A stretch of DNA of 40,890 nucleotides from Alphaproteobacteria bacterium (GTDB lineage Bacteria > Pseudomonadota > Alphaproteobacteria > Rhizobiales > JAJRRF01): positions 1 through 40,890 of the forward strand of contig JAJRRF010000181.1 in NCBI GenBank assembly GCA_024279735.1. Reading direction: 5' to 3'. This document shows positions 27,998 through 39,359 of the stretch, piece by piece; within the stretch, counting starts at the first letter, position 1, and each line of letters starts with the position of its first letter. Made by a program: the position numbers and the translations under genes. The notes under the pieces were generated by a model. That model was not told the origin of the DNA. It worked only from the letters and a program-made list of their open reading frames with translations, and ran no database searches.

Positions 27998-28774
27998 TTA
28001 TGATTTCCCGTCCCCAAAAATACCTTTCAGGTCATTGACCGTCTTTTGGTGGGTCATGTCAAGATGCAGCGGGGATACTGAAATAAAGTTGTCCCGCAAG
28101 GCTCCCAAATCTGTTTGGGCGGGCGGATTTCCCTTGTCCCTGCGGTAAAACAGCCAATAATAGGGATCATGCTGCATATCTATGCGCTTGTCATAACGCA
28201 ACAGCAGGTTTGGGTTACGCTGCCCCTGCTCTGTAACCTTTGTCCCCCTGACCTCAGATGACGTGCAGGCAGGGAAATTAATATTAAAAAAGATCTCTTC
28301 AGGCCAGCCCTTTTTCAACAGTTTACTGATAATGTCGGGGCCATGGTCTCGCGCCAACGACCAGTCAATCGCCCCCAGCCCCTCGTCAGGCCGACGCTGG
28401 CTCATGGCAATGGAAGGGATACCCAGCAAGGTACCCTCAATTGCGCCAGCGATCGTCCCTGAATAGGTCACATCATCAGCAGCATTCTGGTCGTTGTTCA
28501 CCCCAGAAATCAGCAGGTCAGGCTTCTTGTCCGTCATCAGTTCCAACACACCCATCAAAACGCAATCCGTTGGCGTACCCGAAACAGAGAATACTTGCTC
28601 TTCAAGCTGGTTGACCCGCAACGGAACTTGCAATGTCAGGGAATGGGATACCCCGCTCTGGTTGGTCATCGGGGCCACAATCCAGACATCGTCACTCAGG
28701 CTCTGCGCAATATCCCTCAGTGCTGCCAGTCCCTGCGCCCCGATACCATCGTCATTGGTCAGTAAAATCCGCAT
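27998..28774 (-). CDS. surE: 5'/3'-nucleotidase SurE
   Basis: MRILLTNDDG, NQSGVSHSLT, GTPTDCV, YSGT. Confidence 0.96.
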   Translation of the reverse strand: MRILLTNDDGIGAQGLAALRDIAQSLSDDVWIVAPMTNQSGVSHSLTLQVPLRVNQLEEQVFSVSGTPTDCVLMGVLELMTDKKPDLLISGVNNDQNAADDVTYSGTIAGAIEGTLLGIPSIAMSQRRPDEGLGAIDWSLARDHGPDIISKLLKKGWPEEIFFNINFPACTSSEVRGTKVTEQGQRNPNLLLRYDKRIDMQHDPYYWLFYRRDKGNPPAQTDLGALRDNFISVSPLHLDMTHQKTVNDLKGIFGDGKS

Positions 28775-28784
28775 TCACTTCGCC

Positions 28785-30065
28785 TCAAGATTTTTCAATT
28801 TTTTCCAGTCCGCCCATATAAGAACGCAGGGCTTCAGGAATCATGATAGAGCCATCTTCCTGTTGATAGTTTTCCAGTACAGCCACCATCGTCCGGCCAA
28901 CGGCCAGCCCTGAACCATTTAGGGTATGGGGGAAATGCAGGGTTTTTCCGCCTGCTTCCCTGAAACGGGTCTTCATCCGCCGCGTCTGGAAATCCCCGCA
29001 GACTGAACAACTGGAAATTTCGCGGTAACTGTCCTGACCTGGCAGCCAGACTTCAAGGTCATAGGTCTTGCGGGCAGTAAAGCCCATATCGCCTGTGCAA
29101 AGGGTCAGCACCTGATAGGCCAGCCCCAGCCTCTTCAATATTTCTTCGGCGCAACCTGTCATCCGTTCCAACTCATCCATCGCTTCACGGGGATGGACAA
29201 CGGACACCATCTCAACCTTGGAAAACTGGTGCATCCTGATAAGGCCGCGTGTGTCCTTGCCTGCCGACCCAGCCTCGGAGCGGAAACAGGGCGTATGAGC
29301 GGCAAAGCGTTTTGGCAGCTCGGATTCTGCCAAAATCTGCTCTCGAACCATGTTGGTCAGCGGCACTTCTGCTGTCGGTATCAGCCAATAGCCGTTCTCA
29401 GTACGGAACAGGTCTTCGGCAAATTTAGGGAGCTGGGCAGTACCGAACACCGCCTCATCCCGCACCAGGATCGGTGGGACAACTTCGGTATAACCATATT
29501 CTGTGGTGTGGATGTCCAGCATGAAAGCAGCCAGTGCCCGTTCCAGGCGCGCCAGCGGCCCAGACAATACGGCAAAGCGCGCGCCAGACATTTTGGCTGC
29601 TGTCTCGAAATCCAGCATTCCCAAATCTTCACCCAGGTCAAAATGCTCTTTGGGGGTAAAGGAAAATGAGGGTTTCTCGCCTTCTGTGCGGGTCACGACA
29701 TTGTCAGCCTCGCCGCCGCCATCAGGGACTTCATCAAGAGGAATATTGGGCAGGCTGGCAAGTAGTGCGTTCAAATCATCCGCAATCTTGCCGCCCTGCT
29801 TTTCCCCGGCCGCATAGTCCTCTTTCAGGGAGGCAACCTCGTCCATCAGTTCCTTTGCTTTGGCCTCATCACCGCTGCCCTTGGCCTTGCCAATCTGTTT
29901 CGAGACAGCATTGCGACGGGTCTGCATCTCTTGCAACTTGGCAATATGGGCGCGATTCTCTTCATCCAGTGCCAGAATTTCAGCAGAATGAGGCTGCATA
30001 CCTCGCCTCTTCAGTCCCCCATCAAAATCTGCTGGGTTTGCCCTTATCCATTTGAGGTCATGCAC
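28785..30065 (-). CDS. serS: Serine--tRNA ligase
   Basis: [45 protein letters not shown]. Confidence 0.98.
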   Translation of the reverse strand: MHDLKWIRANPADFDGGLKRRGMQPHSAEILALDEENRAHIAKLQEMQTRRNAVSKQIGKAKGSGDEAKAKELMDEVASLKEDYAAGEKQGGKIADDLNALLASLPNIPLDEVPDGGGEADNVVTRTEGEKPSFSFTPKEHFDLGEDLGMLDFETAAKMSGARFAVLSGPLARLERALAAFMLDIHTTEYGYTEVVPPILVRDEAVFGTAQLPKFAEDLFRTENGYWLIPTAEVPLTNMVREQILAESELPKRFAAHTPCFRSEAGSAGKDTRGLIRMHQFSKVEMVSVVHPREAMDELERMTGCAEEILKRLGLAYQVLTLCTGDMGFTARKTYDLEVWLPGQDSYREISSCSVCGDFQTRRMKTRFREAGGKTLHFPHTLNGSGLAVGRTMVAVLENYQQEDGSIMIPEALRSYMGGLEKIEKS

Positions 30066-30218
30066 CGTCTTGTCTCCGCATTATGTCTTGTTATGTAAGA
30101 ATATGATGTGGAAACAGCTATACGCCCCCAGCCAGGCAGCGTCCAGGGCAAAGTTCTTTTTACGCAAGTCTAAATTAGGAATATGAACCCACCCTTGAAT
30201 ACCCACAAATAATAGGCT

Positions 30219-31019
30219 TTACTGGTTATCCTGTTCCTGCCTTTTCTTCTCCACATAACCCACCGACAATATAGAGACCTCATAAAGCAGGTAGGTTGGT
30301 ATGATCAGGGCAATCAGGCTCAGGGGATCAGGCGGGGTCAGGAACATCGCCACAACGGCAATGCCAAGCAGGGCGTGCTTTCTTTTGGCTTTCAGGCCTT
30401 CTGCACCAATCAGGCCTGTTTTGGCCATCAGTGTCAGGATCAAGGGCAACTGGAAGCATATCCCAAAGGCCAGGATCAGGGTCATGATCAGTCCTAGATA
30501 TTCCATCGCCCTGGGCAGCATCTCAACCGAAATGCCCGCCTCATTAATCTGCATTTTCAGGAAGAACCCAAGAGCCATTGACATGGCGACATAATAGACC
30601 AGCGCAGCCCCCATCACAAACAAGACTGGGGTAGCTATCAGAAATGGCAGAAAGCTTTCACGCTCACTTTTATACAGGCCAGGCGCAACAAACATATAGA
30701 TTTGGGTGGCAATGATGGGAAAGGCCAGAAATATCGCGCCGAACAGTGCCAGCTTGACATAGACAATAAACAGTTCTTGCGGTGAGGTTGTGATCAGCTT
30801 GACGGACTTTTCAGCCAGTTCCATGCCATAAAAACTAATCATCGCGTCCTTGAATGGCATCACCAGAATTATATAGATATCCTTGGAAAAATAAAAACAG
30901 ACCAGGAAGGTCACAAAAATCCCAGCCATCACCCAGATCAGTCGCTGACGCAACTCAACAAGGTGTTCCATGATCGGGGCTTTGGTTTCGTCAAAGTCGC
31001 TTGCTGTCTTGTCAGTCAT
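30219..31019 (-). CDS. tatC: Twin-arginine translocase TatC
   Basis: HLVELRQRL, FVAPGLYKSE, FQLP, LTPPDP. Confidence 0.96.
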   Translation of the reverse strand: MTDKTASDFDETKAPIMEHLVELRQRLIWVMAGIFVTFLVCFYFSKDIYIILVMPFKDAMISFYGMELAEKSVKLITTSPQELFIVYVKLALFGAIFLAFPIIATQIYMFVAPGLYKSERESFLPFLIATPVLFVMGAALVYYVAMSMALGFFLKMQINEAGISVEMLPRAMEYLGLIMTLILAFGICFQLPLILTLMAKTGLIGAEGLKAKRKHALLGIAVVAMFLTPPDPLSLIALIIPTYLLYEVSILSVGYVEKKRQEQDNQ

Positions 31020-31054
31020 AATTACGGGTTACCATGTTTCCTGGTTGCAGCCAC

Positions 31055-31804
31055 CTAAGCACCGCGCCTGTCTGAGTCTGCCATTGCAGCTTCACGTTTT
31101 TCTGCCTGCCGCACACGTTCAAGCCTTTTGGCCATTGCAGCCTCTTCCTGTTCAGCCTTCACAGACTCCTGAAATTTTTGGCGGCCTTCTTCCAAGATGT
31201 CCTTGCTGGTCCTGGCTTCGCCCAGATATTCCTCTTCATCAAGCAAGGCCCCGTCGTCATCATCGTCATGCTGGACAGCAAGCTTGCCAATCGCGTTTTC
31301 ATCTGGACCTGAACCTGTATTTTCTGCGCCAGAAACCTGGCCATCATCCTTGCCTTGCCTGCCGACTGCTTCCGGTTCATCATCACTTTCAGAAGGTTCT
31401 TTTTTACTATGATGGGTCACTTCACCATCGGCACTGGTCTCTATCACCTCATCAGGCTCATCCCAATCAAGATTTTCATCTTCATCATCTTCATAAACAG
31501 GTTTTTTGTCCGATTTTTTATCAGCATCATCAAGCTCGGTAAAGTCCAGGCCAATATCCTTTTCAGACGGCAGGGCAGCCTTGACATCCTCAACTTCCTT
31601 CAGGATATTATCCTTGATATCTGCGATCTGAGTGTCCCGGACAACATCATCAAACTGGGAACGAAAATCATCGGCAATCCCCTTGACCTTGCCAAAATAC
31701 TTCCCACAAACACGCAAGAACTGGGGCAACTCTTTTGGCCCGACAACCAAAATTGCCAGGGATGCTATAATAAAAAGTTCGCTCCAGCCAATATTTCCAA
31801 ACAT
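31055..31804 (-). CDS. tatB: Twin-arginine translocase TatB with long acidic tail
   Basis: IGWSELFIIASLAILVVGPKELP; located between tatA and tatC. Confidence 0.92.
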   Translation of the reverse strand: MFGNIGWSELFIIASLAILVVGPKELPQFLRVCGKYFGKVKGIADDFRSQFDDVVRDTQIADIKDNILKEVEDVKAALPSEKDIGLDFTELDDADKKSDKKPVYEDDEDENLDWDEPDEVIETSADGEVTHHSKKEPSESDDEPEAVGRQGKDDGQVSGAENTGSGPDENAIGKLAVQHDDDDDGALLDEEEYLGEARTSKDILEEGRQKFQESVKAEQEEAAMAKRLERVRQAEKREAAMADSDRRGA

Positions 31805-31949
31805 TTAAAAATATTTTCACCCGTATTTTGACACGACCCTGAACCAGGATATTGTCTTGAATATACCCTGAAGTGATAACACTTGCCATCACCTAAGAAG
31901 GAACATGGTTAAGGCTCAAGACCTGATTGCCCTGCCCTTTTTCAGTTCC

Positions 31950-32183
31950 CTAGCTTGCCTTGGAATTTTCATTTACACTTGTGCTGCCGACTTTTTCGTC
32001 AGCATCATGATCAATGGTTTTTCCCTTTTCAGAAGCGGCAATTTCCGGCTCATCATCTGCCATACCTTTCTTAAAGCTTTTAATACCCAGGGCAACGTCT
32101 TCCATCATCCCTGAAATTTTGCCGCGTCCAAACAACAGGACTGCAAGCAGAGCGATTAATACTAATTGATACCCACCTGGCAT
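31950..32183 (-). CDS. tatA: Twin-arginine translocase TatA
   Basis: LLFGRGKISGMMEDVALGIKSFKKGM; RBS GGAGAG. Confidence 0.95.
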   Translation of the reverse strand: MPGGYQLVLIALLAVLLFGRGKISGMMEDVALGIKSFKKGMADDEPEIAASEKGKTIDHDADEKVGSTSVNENSKAS

Positions 32184-32382
32184 AGACTTCTCTCCAAAAT
32201 AACTTTTTCAACATTTTAAAACCTGGCAACATGCTCCATAACAAAACATCTGCCACTACTGACTGCCATTATCATAACAATCCAGTTCCATTATAGACAA
32301 GATTATCATGTTTTTAATATGACTATAGCATAGATCTCCCCGCTTGAGACTCTTTAATTCCGCCGCATCTCCCAAAGCCTGT

Positions 32383-32997
32383 TCAGGACTGCGTTTTCGG
32401 CGGTGTGATCCTAAAAATATGGTCTGGCTCAACTGATGAAAACGCAGAATATCCCATAACTGCCATCGGCCGCAACTGCCCCATATCCACCATGCCGTCC
32501 CTGATCGCGTGGTCATCAATATAGATGCCAACCACCTTGCCGATCACCATAGAATAGTTTTCTCCGCCCTTTTCATTGCTGGGCAGCTCAATTGTATCAT
32601 GATGCAGGCATTCCAGGGCAACGGGGCTTTCCTTGACGCGCGGCGGCCCTACACTCCCTGATGGCGCAGCATTCAGCCCTGAGAAAGACATCTCATCAAT
32701 TTCAGGCGCATGGCTTAGGCTGGAAAGCAGCATTTCATTTTTCAGACTAAAGGTGGCCAGGGAACAGACAAACTCCCCCTGTTCCTCAGCATTACGCTGG
32801 CTGTCCTTGCGTCCCCGTGACGAAAACATCACATAATGTGGGTTTTCGGAAACCAGGTTGAAAAAACTGTAGGGTGCCAGGTTGACAACCCCCTTTGCAT
32901 CAAGGGTTGAAATCCAGCCAATAGGCCTTGGGGTAATGAGGGCTGTAAACGGGTCAGTCTCAAGACCATGATTATTGGTCTCAACATTATAGTACAA
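32383..32997 (-). CDS. Flavin reductase-like FMN-binding protein
   Basis: PRPIGWIST, NLAPYSFFN, KDSQRN, PPRVKESPVALEC. Confidence 0.9.
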   Translation of the reverse strand: MYYNVETNNHGLETDPFTALITPRPIGWISTLDAKGVVNLAPYSFFNLVSENPHYVMFSSRGRKDSQRNAEEQGEFVCSLATFSLKNEMLLSSLSHAPEIDEMSFSGLNAAPSGSVGPPRVKESPVALECLHHDTIELPSNEKGGENYSMVIGKVVGIYIDDHAIRDGMVDMGQLRPMAVMGYSAFSSVEPDHIFRITPPKTQS

Positions 32998-33042
32998 TTT
33001 TTTAGTCCTGTGTTCTGTGTCATGTATTCAATATTCAGTATT

Positions 33043-33684
33043 CTAAAGCGGCTCTTCATCATCGGCAAACTCACCTGACGGGGAAGGCTTTGGCATTGAG
33101 AAGCTAGCAGCTATTGTGCCCTCAAGCAAACCGGCTTCCTTGAACTCCTCCATTCCCGGCAAATCCGACAAATTTTCCAAACTGAAATGGGACAAAAATT
33201 GTTCTGTTGTCCCGTAAGTAATTGGCCTGCCTGGCACTTTCCTGCGGCCACGCATCCTGACCCACTCCACTTCCATCAGCACATCCAGCGTTCCCTTCGA
33301 GGTCGCCACACCGCGAATTTCCTCAATTTCTGAGCGGGTGGCTGGCTGGTGATAGGCAATAATTACCAATGTTTCGAGGGCAGCCTGGGACAGTTTCGTT
33401 GCTGCCGCCGCCTGCCGTTGCAACAGGCCTGACAGGTCTTCTGCCGTCCTAAAAACCCATTTATCCGCAATGCGTACCAGGTTAATGCCCCTGCTGGCAT
33501 ATATTCCCTCCAGCTCCTTCAGATATCTCCCGACATCCTCATCAACATTAATGTAGGTCTGTAGCTCCTTTGTCTGCATTGGTCTTGTAGCAGCAAACAA
33601 CACAGCCTCCAATATACGCAAATTTTCAATGCGTTCTGCCGAAGTCAAATGTGTCACATTAGAGGAAGGGCTTTCATCTCTCAT
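33043..33684 (-). CDS. scpB: SMC-Scp complex subunit ScpB
   Basis: LEAVLFA, LSQAALETLVIIAYHQPATRSEIEEIRGV, PGRPITYGTT, LSDLP. Confidence 0.96.
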   Translation of the reverse strand: MRDESPSSNVTHLTSAERIENLRILEAVLFAATRPMQTKELQTYINVDEDVGRYLKELEGIYASRGINLVRIADKWVFRTAEDLSGLLQRQAAAATKLSQAALETLVIIAYHQPATRSEIEEIRGVATSKGTLDVLMEVEWVRMRGRRKVPGRPITYGTTEQFLSHFSLENLSDLPGMEEFKEAGLLEGTIAASFSMPKPSPSGEFADDEEPL

Positions 33685-34520
33685 CAGGCATCCCCTTTAC
33701 GGTTCAGGCTCTTTTCAGGAGTGACAGCACGAAGATAAAGCGGTGTATAACTGCCATCCTGACGAATTTCAGCATGGCCTTCACGCACCATTTCCAAGGA
33801 TGCCCCAAAACTGGCAGCCAGGGCGGTGCGCCTTTCTTCCGGATCTGCCAGATAGGCAACAAGATAGCTGTCTATTGTTGTCCATTCAAAATTCATCTGC
33901 AACATTTTTTCCAACTTTTTGCGGGCATCCTTCAGCGACCAAACCTTCCTTTTCTTGACAGTCACAACCTTGACGGCCTGAATTTGGCGAAGACCCGCAT
34001 AGGCCTTGAGCATCTGGTACAGGGTTGTATCATAGTCAGGCGACCCTTCACAGGCTACTATTTCCAACCCTTCCGGCAGTCCCCGCCCAAAGACATCAAT
34101 GCCAAGCTGCGGCTGTTCCAACAGCATTTTTGAAGCCTTGCGCATTGCCTCAAGACGCTTCAGCCTGTGTGCCAGCAGGGCAGCCAGTTCATCACCGCTC
34201 AGTTCTTCCTCGCCATCATCAGGATCAGGCGGCAACAATAAACGGGACTTGAGATAAGCCAGCCAGGCTGCCATCACCAGATAATCAGCAGCAACATCCA
34301 GTTTCAAGGACTTTGCCTGATGGATGAAAGCAAGATATTGCTCAACCAGTGGCAAGATCTCTATTTGGGTCAGGTCAAGCTTTTGCTTGCGAGCCAGGGT
34401 CAACAACAGGTCAAGCGGCCCCTCGAAACCCTCTATATCAATGACAAGCCCCAGTACCTCCCTGTCATCCTCTTCAAAAGGAGGACTGTCCTGCTCACTG
34501 TAAGTTGGGGGCTGAGACAT
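33684..34520 (-). CDS. scpA: SMC-Scp complex kleisin ScpA
   Basis: FEGPLDLLL, AADYLVMAAWLAYLKSRLLLP, FGASLEM; stop overlaps the scpB start. Confidence 0.95.
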   Translation of the reverse strand: MSQPPTYSEQDSPPFEEDDREVLGLVIDIEGFEGPLDLLLTLARKQKLDLTQIEILPLVEQYLAFIHQAKSLKLDVAADYLVMAAWLAYLKSRLLLPPDPDDGEEELSGDELAALLAHRLKRLEAMRKASKMLLEQPQLGIDVFGRGLPEGLEIVACEGSPDYDTTLYQMLKAYAGLRQIQAVKVVTVKKRKVWSLKDARKKLEKMLQMNFEWTTIDSYLVAYLADPEERRTALAASFGASLEMVREGHAEIRQDGSYTPLYLRAVTPEKSLNRKGDA

Positions 34521-34521
34521 C

Positions 34522-35574
34522 TTACCTCGTTCCGTTCAGCAGTTTTACATAATAGTCCGCTTTGTCGCGGTCAAACTCTTCAGCCTGGCCAAGTAAATCA
34601 ACCGAGGCCTGGAAGCGGCGCAGGGCATCGCCTGCCAGGACAGGGGACATTTCGCCTGTCTGCCTGACCTGTTCCAAAATCCCTTTGCAATAAAGCCCGA
34701 CATCACAGCCAGCATCCAGCACAGCTTTTGCCCTTACAGCCATAGAACCTGACAAGGCTTCCATATACAGGTCGTCGCTCATAACCAGGCCATCATAGCC
34801 AATCCAGTCACGGACAATATCCTTCATAATGCCTTTTGAGGTGCTGACAGGCTGGTCTTTATCAAGTGATGGGATAAGAACATGGGCTGTCATGGCCAGC
34901 GGCAAGTCATTCAGGAGCTTAAACGGCATGAAATCCACAGTTTTCAAACTATCCAGGTCCGTATCCAGCACAGGCAGTTCATGATGGCTGTCCGCATCGG
35001 CGCGGCCATGCCCCGGGACATGCTTGATAACTGGCAAAACGCCCTGAGATAGATGTGCCTGCGCAGCAACTTTTCCCAATGTCACAACCGTTGCTATATC
35101 CGTGCCATAAGCACGGTCACCAATAATATCATGGCTGCCCTCTACTGGAATATCCAGGACAGGCACACAATTGACATTAATGCCAAGGGCAAGCAGTTCA
35201 CTCGACAAAAGTTGATAGACCAGCCTGGTGGCTTCCAGCCCCTTCGCAGCATCGTTATGATACAGCTCACCATAAGAACGTCCAGTTGGCCACTGTCTCC
35301 AGCTCCCTGCCCCCGCCAGATGCTGCCACAGGACACTTTCTGGAACAGGTTTGAGCCGCTGGACTCTGCCACCCTCCTGGTCAATCAGGATAAGGACGGT
35401 CTCATCACCGACAGCTTCCCTGAACATGGCAACCAGATCCCTGATCTGGTTTGGGTCTTGGCAGTTTCTGTCAAACAGGATCAGGCCGCAGGGAGGCAAT
35501 TCCCTGAAGAGTGACTTTTCTTCTTCTGTGAGGACTGGTCCCGCACATCCAGTAATATAGGCTCTGAGTTTCAT
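34522..35574 (-). CDS. nagZ: Beta-N-acetylhexosaminidase NagZ (GH3)
   Basis: IDQEGGRVQRL, KHVPGHGRADADSH, MTAHV, MSDDL. Confidence 0.95.
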   Translation of the reverse strand: MKLRAYITGCAGPVLTEEEKSLFRELPPCGLILFDRNCQDPNQIRDLVAMFREAVGDETVLILIDQEGGRVQRLKPVPESVLWQHLAGAGSWRQWPTGRSYGELYHNDAAKGLEATRLVYQLLSSELLALGINVNCVPVLDIPVEGSHDIIGDRAYGTDIATVVTLGKVAAQAHLSQGVLPVIKHVPGHGRADADSHHELPVLDTDLDSLKTVDFMPFKLLNDLPLAMTAHVLIPSLDKDQPVSTSKGIMKDIVRDWIGYDGLVMSDDLYMEALSGSMAVRAKAVLDAGCDVGLYCKGILEQVRQTGEMSPVLAGDALRRFQASVDLLGQAEEFDRDKADYYVKLLNGTR

Positions 35575-35670
35575 AAGGCTGGGAGTATCGACACTATCGG
35601 GGTGTGGTCAAGCAGAAACTGGCATTTATGCCAATTTCCTTGTCCCACAAGCTGGCTGGGGAAAAAATGA

Positions 35671-36936
35671 TCATTTTTGCCTGATTAGGCAGTCCCCGCC
35701 AGCGTCCTTAAGTTGCTGGCAGACATCCATGGCAGCACTCCTGCTATTGATTGGACCAACACGGACACGGTAATAAATTCCTTTTGCCCCCAGGTCAGCC
35801 TTCTGGATATCAGAGGTATAGCTTCCCAGGATAGAGACATATTGTTGTTTCAGCTTGGAAAAAGCCTGCATTGCACCGTCATGACTGCGGCGTGCGGCAA
35901 GCTGGAGCAAAAAGTCTCCTGATGAAATCCCCATTGGGGAAGATTTAGGCGTAGCAGCAGGGGCAGCCATTGGCGTGTTGGAGGCAATCCGGCGCGGCTT
36001 ATACTTGAACTTGCCATTTGAAGAGGTTGGCCGCTGTTCTACGCGTTGGGGAGCAGAGCCGCGTAATTTCGTACCGATACTGGCATTATTGTTGACAAAC
36101 AAACGTCTGTCACCAACTGGCCTTACAGCGGCAACCTGAACCACTTTCTTAACAGTTTTAGGCTGCGCTGTTACGGCCTTGGCAGGTACATTTTTTGAAC
36201 CTGGCCTGATCACCCTGCCATCAGGAAGAACAACAAATGTCTTGACTGACTTGGGCGCACCAATAACATTTTTGGTTGTCCTAACATGTTTCTGGGCATT
36301 TTCCCTGACAGAAGCTGCTTTGGCCATGGTACTCACTTCAGGTTTTTCAGCCCTGGTACGCAAAGTCTCGTTTTGCGGCCTGTCCTCTCCCCCACTCCGG
36401 TCATAAATCAGTTTATTGGTATTTTGGAACACCTTGCCGCCCGAGTTTTCAGGCTTGACCTTGGCTGTCGTGGAAGTGGCCTTAATAAAAGGGACAGAGC
36501 CTCCGCTGCTTACTGTATTGTTAGTGAACTGGGTATTATAGACATATGCCGCCACCCCGCCCAGACCAATTGAACCTACCAGGGCAAAAATCACAGGCAA
36601 CTTACTTTTGGCCGCAACCGGTGCTGCGCCATATTGCTCAGCATACATGCCCTGGTCAGCGACCGGGGCTGCCTCTGAGACAGGTACGCCAGCATTGACT
36701 GAAACACCGTAATCTTCTGGCGGCGCAAAATTTCCCTGAAGGGCAGGCTCGCCCAAAGCAGGCTGAGCCTGGGGAGCAAGGGCAGGCTGTTGCTGGAAAG
36801 GCTGCTCAACATAGTCCTGTTGGGGCACTGAGGCTGGCCGGGCAGGCTGGATTGGGTCTATATAGACAGGCTGGCCATTCTGGTCCAGGTAATATTGCTT
36901 ACCGTTCTGGTCAACATAATATTGGGTTTCGTTCAT
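35671..36936 (-). CDS. SPOR-domain cell division protein (FtsN-like)
   Basis: Pro/Gln-rich N-terminus, single TM, C-terminal SPOR domain (LQLAA, YYRVRVGP, C...C); located between argS and nagZ. Confidence 0.85.
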   Translation of the reverse strand: MNETQYYVDQNGKQYYLDQNGQPVYIDPIQPARPASVPQQDYVEQPFQQQPALAPQAQPALGEPALQGNFAPPEDYGVSVNAGVPVSEAAPVADQGMYAEQYGAAPVAAKSKLPVIFALVGSIGLGGVAAYVYNTQFTNNTVSSGGSVPFIKATSTTAKVKPENSGGKVFQNTNKLIYDRSGGEDRPQNETLRTRAEKPEVSTMAKAASVRENAQKHVRTTKNVIGAPKSVKTFVVLPDGRVIRPGSKNVPAKAVTAQPKTVKKVVQVAAVRPVGDRRLFVNNNASIGTKLRGSAPQRVEQRPTSSNGKFKYKPRRIASNTPMAAPAATPKSSPMGISSGDFLLQLAARRSHDGAMQAFSKLKQQYVSILGSYTSDIQKADLGAKGIYYRVRVGPINSRSAAMDVCQQLKDAGGDCLIRQK

Positions 36937-37063
36937 TGATTCTACCTGCTTCTTTCAGTATGTGCCGCTTCAGGCAACGCGCCTGAAATATTGATGTGAT
37001 ATAATAGCCCAGACTTTCAGACTCCAACAACACAACGCTACAACCCTTACACCCTTGCCAGGC

Positions 37064-38821
37064 CTACATCTCATCGACAGGCTCAACGCCCAATATTTGT
37101 AACCCTGAAGATATGACTGCTGCCGTAGCAGCAACCATGGCAAGGCGTGCTGCTGTCAACTGTTTATTGTCTCCAGAGATAAACCGTAAATGTGGTATAT
37201 CTGTGCCTTTATTATACAGTGAATTGAAATTGCTTGCCAAATCATTAAGATAGAACGCAATCCTGTGCGGTTCATGCATTAATGCCGCACTTTCCACAGT
37301 TTTTGGGTATTGGGCGAGACATTTTATCACAGCAATCTCGGCTTCGTCCGTCAACAGACCCAAATCTACACTGTCCAGGTTCTGCGGATCAAAGGTCATA
37401 TCTGGCATCATTTCAGGCAATTTACGGTGCAGCACAGACTGGGTGCGGGCATGGGTGTATTGCACATAATAGACCGGATTCTCCCTTTTGTTCTCCACAA
37501 CTTTGGCAAAATCAAAGTCCAACGCAGCGTCATTCTTGCGGTACAGCATCATAAAGCGCACCACATCCTTGCCTACCTCATCGACAACTTCCCGCAGGGT
37601 GACAAATGTCCCTGCCCGTTTTGACATTTTCAAAGGTTGCCCGTCCCGAAACAGGTTGACCAACTGGACAATCTTGACATCCAGCGTCCCTTTGTCATCA
37701 CTCAGGGCTTTCACGGCTGCCTTCATCCGCTTGATATAGCCGCTATGGTCTGCGCCCCAGACATCAATCATCTGGCCAAAACCCCTGTCGAACTTGTCCC
37801 TGTGATAGGCCATGTCGGACGCAAAATAGGTATAGCTGCCATCTGACTTGACCAGGGCACGGTCGACATCATCACCGTAATCTGTTGAACGGAACAGGGT
37901 CTGCTCACGTTCGTCCCAGTCCTCCAGCAACTTGCCCTTGGGCGGCGGCAGAGTGCCTTCATAGACAATGCCGCGTTCCTGCAACTCGGTAATGGTTGCC
38001 CTAACCACATCCTTTTCCCCCTGGATCAGGGAACGTTCGGAGAAATAGACATCAAACGATATATCCAGGGCTTTCAGGTCATCGCGGATCATGTCCATCA
38101 TCGCATCAATGGAAAAGTCCTTGAACAGGGCCAGCCATTCAGCCTCATCCTTGCCCAGATAGTTATCCCCATATTTTTCAAACAGGGCCTGTCCGACAGG
38201 TTTCAGATAATCCCCGGGATAAAGCCCTTCCGGGATTTCAATGGACTGCCCCGCAGCCTCGCAATAGCGTAGATAGGCAGACCGTGCCAGCACATTGACC
38301 TGGTTTCCAGCATCATTAATATAATATTCGCGGGTGACATCATAGCCGGCAAACTCCAGCAGCCGCGCCAAAGCATCGCCAAAGATCGCGCCGCGACAAT
38401 GGCCAACATGCATCGGGCCCGTCGGGTTGGCCGAGACAAATTCCAGATTGACCTTTTGGCCTCTGCCCGCTTCAGAGCGGCCATATTTTGTGGGCGCATC
38501 CAGAATCAGCGGAATAATCTGAAGCCAAAACGCTTTACCAATGGTCAGGTTGATAAACCCAGGCCCGGCAATATCCACTTTGTCAATATCGCTATGGCTT
38601 TCCAGCTTTTCCGCAACCTTCTGCGCCAGGTCGCGCGGTTTCATCTTGGCAAACCGCGCCAGCACCATCGCCACATTGGTTGATATGTCGCCATGGCTCT
38701 CATCACGCGGGGTCTCTACACTCACGCCCTTCCAGACCATGTCAGGGGACATCACCCCCTCAGACTGGAGCTGCGTCACGGCATCAAGGATAATGCCCTC
38801 AAAATGGGAAAATACGTTCAT
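37064..38821 (-). CDS. argS: Arginine--tRNA ligase
   Basis: [40 protein letters not shown]. Confidence 0.98.
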   Translation of the reverse strand: MNVFSHFEGIILDAVTQLQSEGVMSPDMVWKGVSVETPRDESHGDISTNVAMVLARFAKMKPRDLAQKVAEKLESHSDIDKVDIAGPGFINLTIGKAFWLQIIPLILDAPTKYGRSEAGRGQKVNLEFVSANPTGPMHVGHCRGAIFGDALARLLEFAGYDVTREYYINDAGNQVNVLARSAYLRYCEAAGQSIEIPEGLYPGDYLKPVGQALFEKYGDNYLGKDEAEWLALFKDFSIDAMMDMIRDDLKALDISFDVYFSERSLIQGEKDVVRATITELQERGIVYEGTLPPPKGKLLEDWDEREQTLFRSTDYGDDVDRALVKSDGSYTYFASDMAYHRDKFDRGFGQMIDVWGADHSGYIKRMKAAVKALSDDKGTLDVKIVQLVNLFRDGQPLKMSKRAGTFVTLREVVDEVGKDVVRFMMLYRKNDAALDFDFAKVVENKRENPVYYVQYTHARTQSVLHRKLPEMMPDMTFDPQNLDSVDLGLLTDEAEIAVIKCLAQYPKTVESAALMHEPHRIAFYLNDLASNFNSLYNKGTDIPHLRFISGDNKQLTAARLAMVAATAAVISSGLQILGVEPVDEM

Positions 38822-38894
38822 AATTTTTTGGTTTCTCTTGTTGTTTTTGGGCTTGCACTAACAGGTATTTGTTTTTACAGGAAATTGCGAATTG

Positions 38895-39359
38895 TTATAC
38901 TTTAGCCTTTTGGTGATAGCTGGTAAGGTGATTGTCAAGAGACCAGATAAAAATCTCTTTGGCTGGAGAGATGGCACAAAACCTTTCAAACTCCTTGATA
39001 ATGGTCAAATCGCCAAAGCCTATCTCTCTCATAGCCAACTCTGGAAACTCAGACAACCAACGGGCAAAATCATTGGTCAGAGGACATTCACTTATTGTAT
39101 AAGGAGCTTTCCCATCAAAGGTATCACGAACTTCTTGGATAAAAAGATTGGCAACATCTCGTCTTTGTCTTCCATCGCCATTTTGGGCAATATGATTTCC
39201 TGTTTCTAAAATGGTCGCAATAGGCAGCATAAACTTGCATTTGCGATTCTTATGTTTTTCAAAAGTGTTAAGGATTTCGTCTCTATCCCTATTCAGCTTT
39301 GGTACATTGAGAATAGTGACAAAAACACTGGTATCAATGAGACAGATAATACGGCTCAT
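38895..39359 (-). CDS. PIN-fold-like hypothetical protein
   Basis: Acidic tetrad pattern IDTS, LETGNH, GDLTI, SLDNHL; its ATG overlaps the ATPase stop (ATGA); AT-rich. Confidence 0.65.
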   Translation of the reverse strand: MSRIICLIDTSVFVTILNVPKLNRDRDEILNTFEKHKNRKCKFMLPIATILETGNHIAQNGDGRQRRDVANLFIQEVRDTFDGKAPYTISECPLTNDFARWLSEFPELAMREIGFGDLTIIKEFERFCAISPAKEIFIWSLDNHLTSYHQKAKV

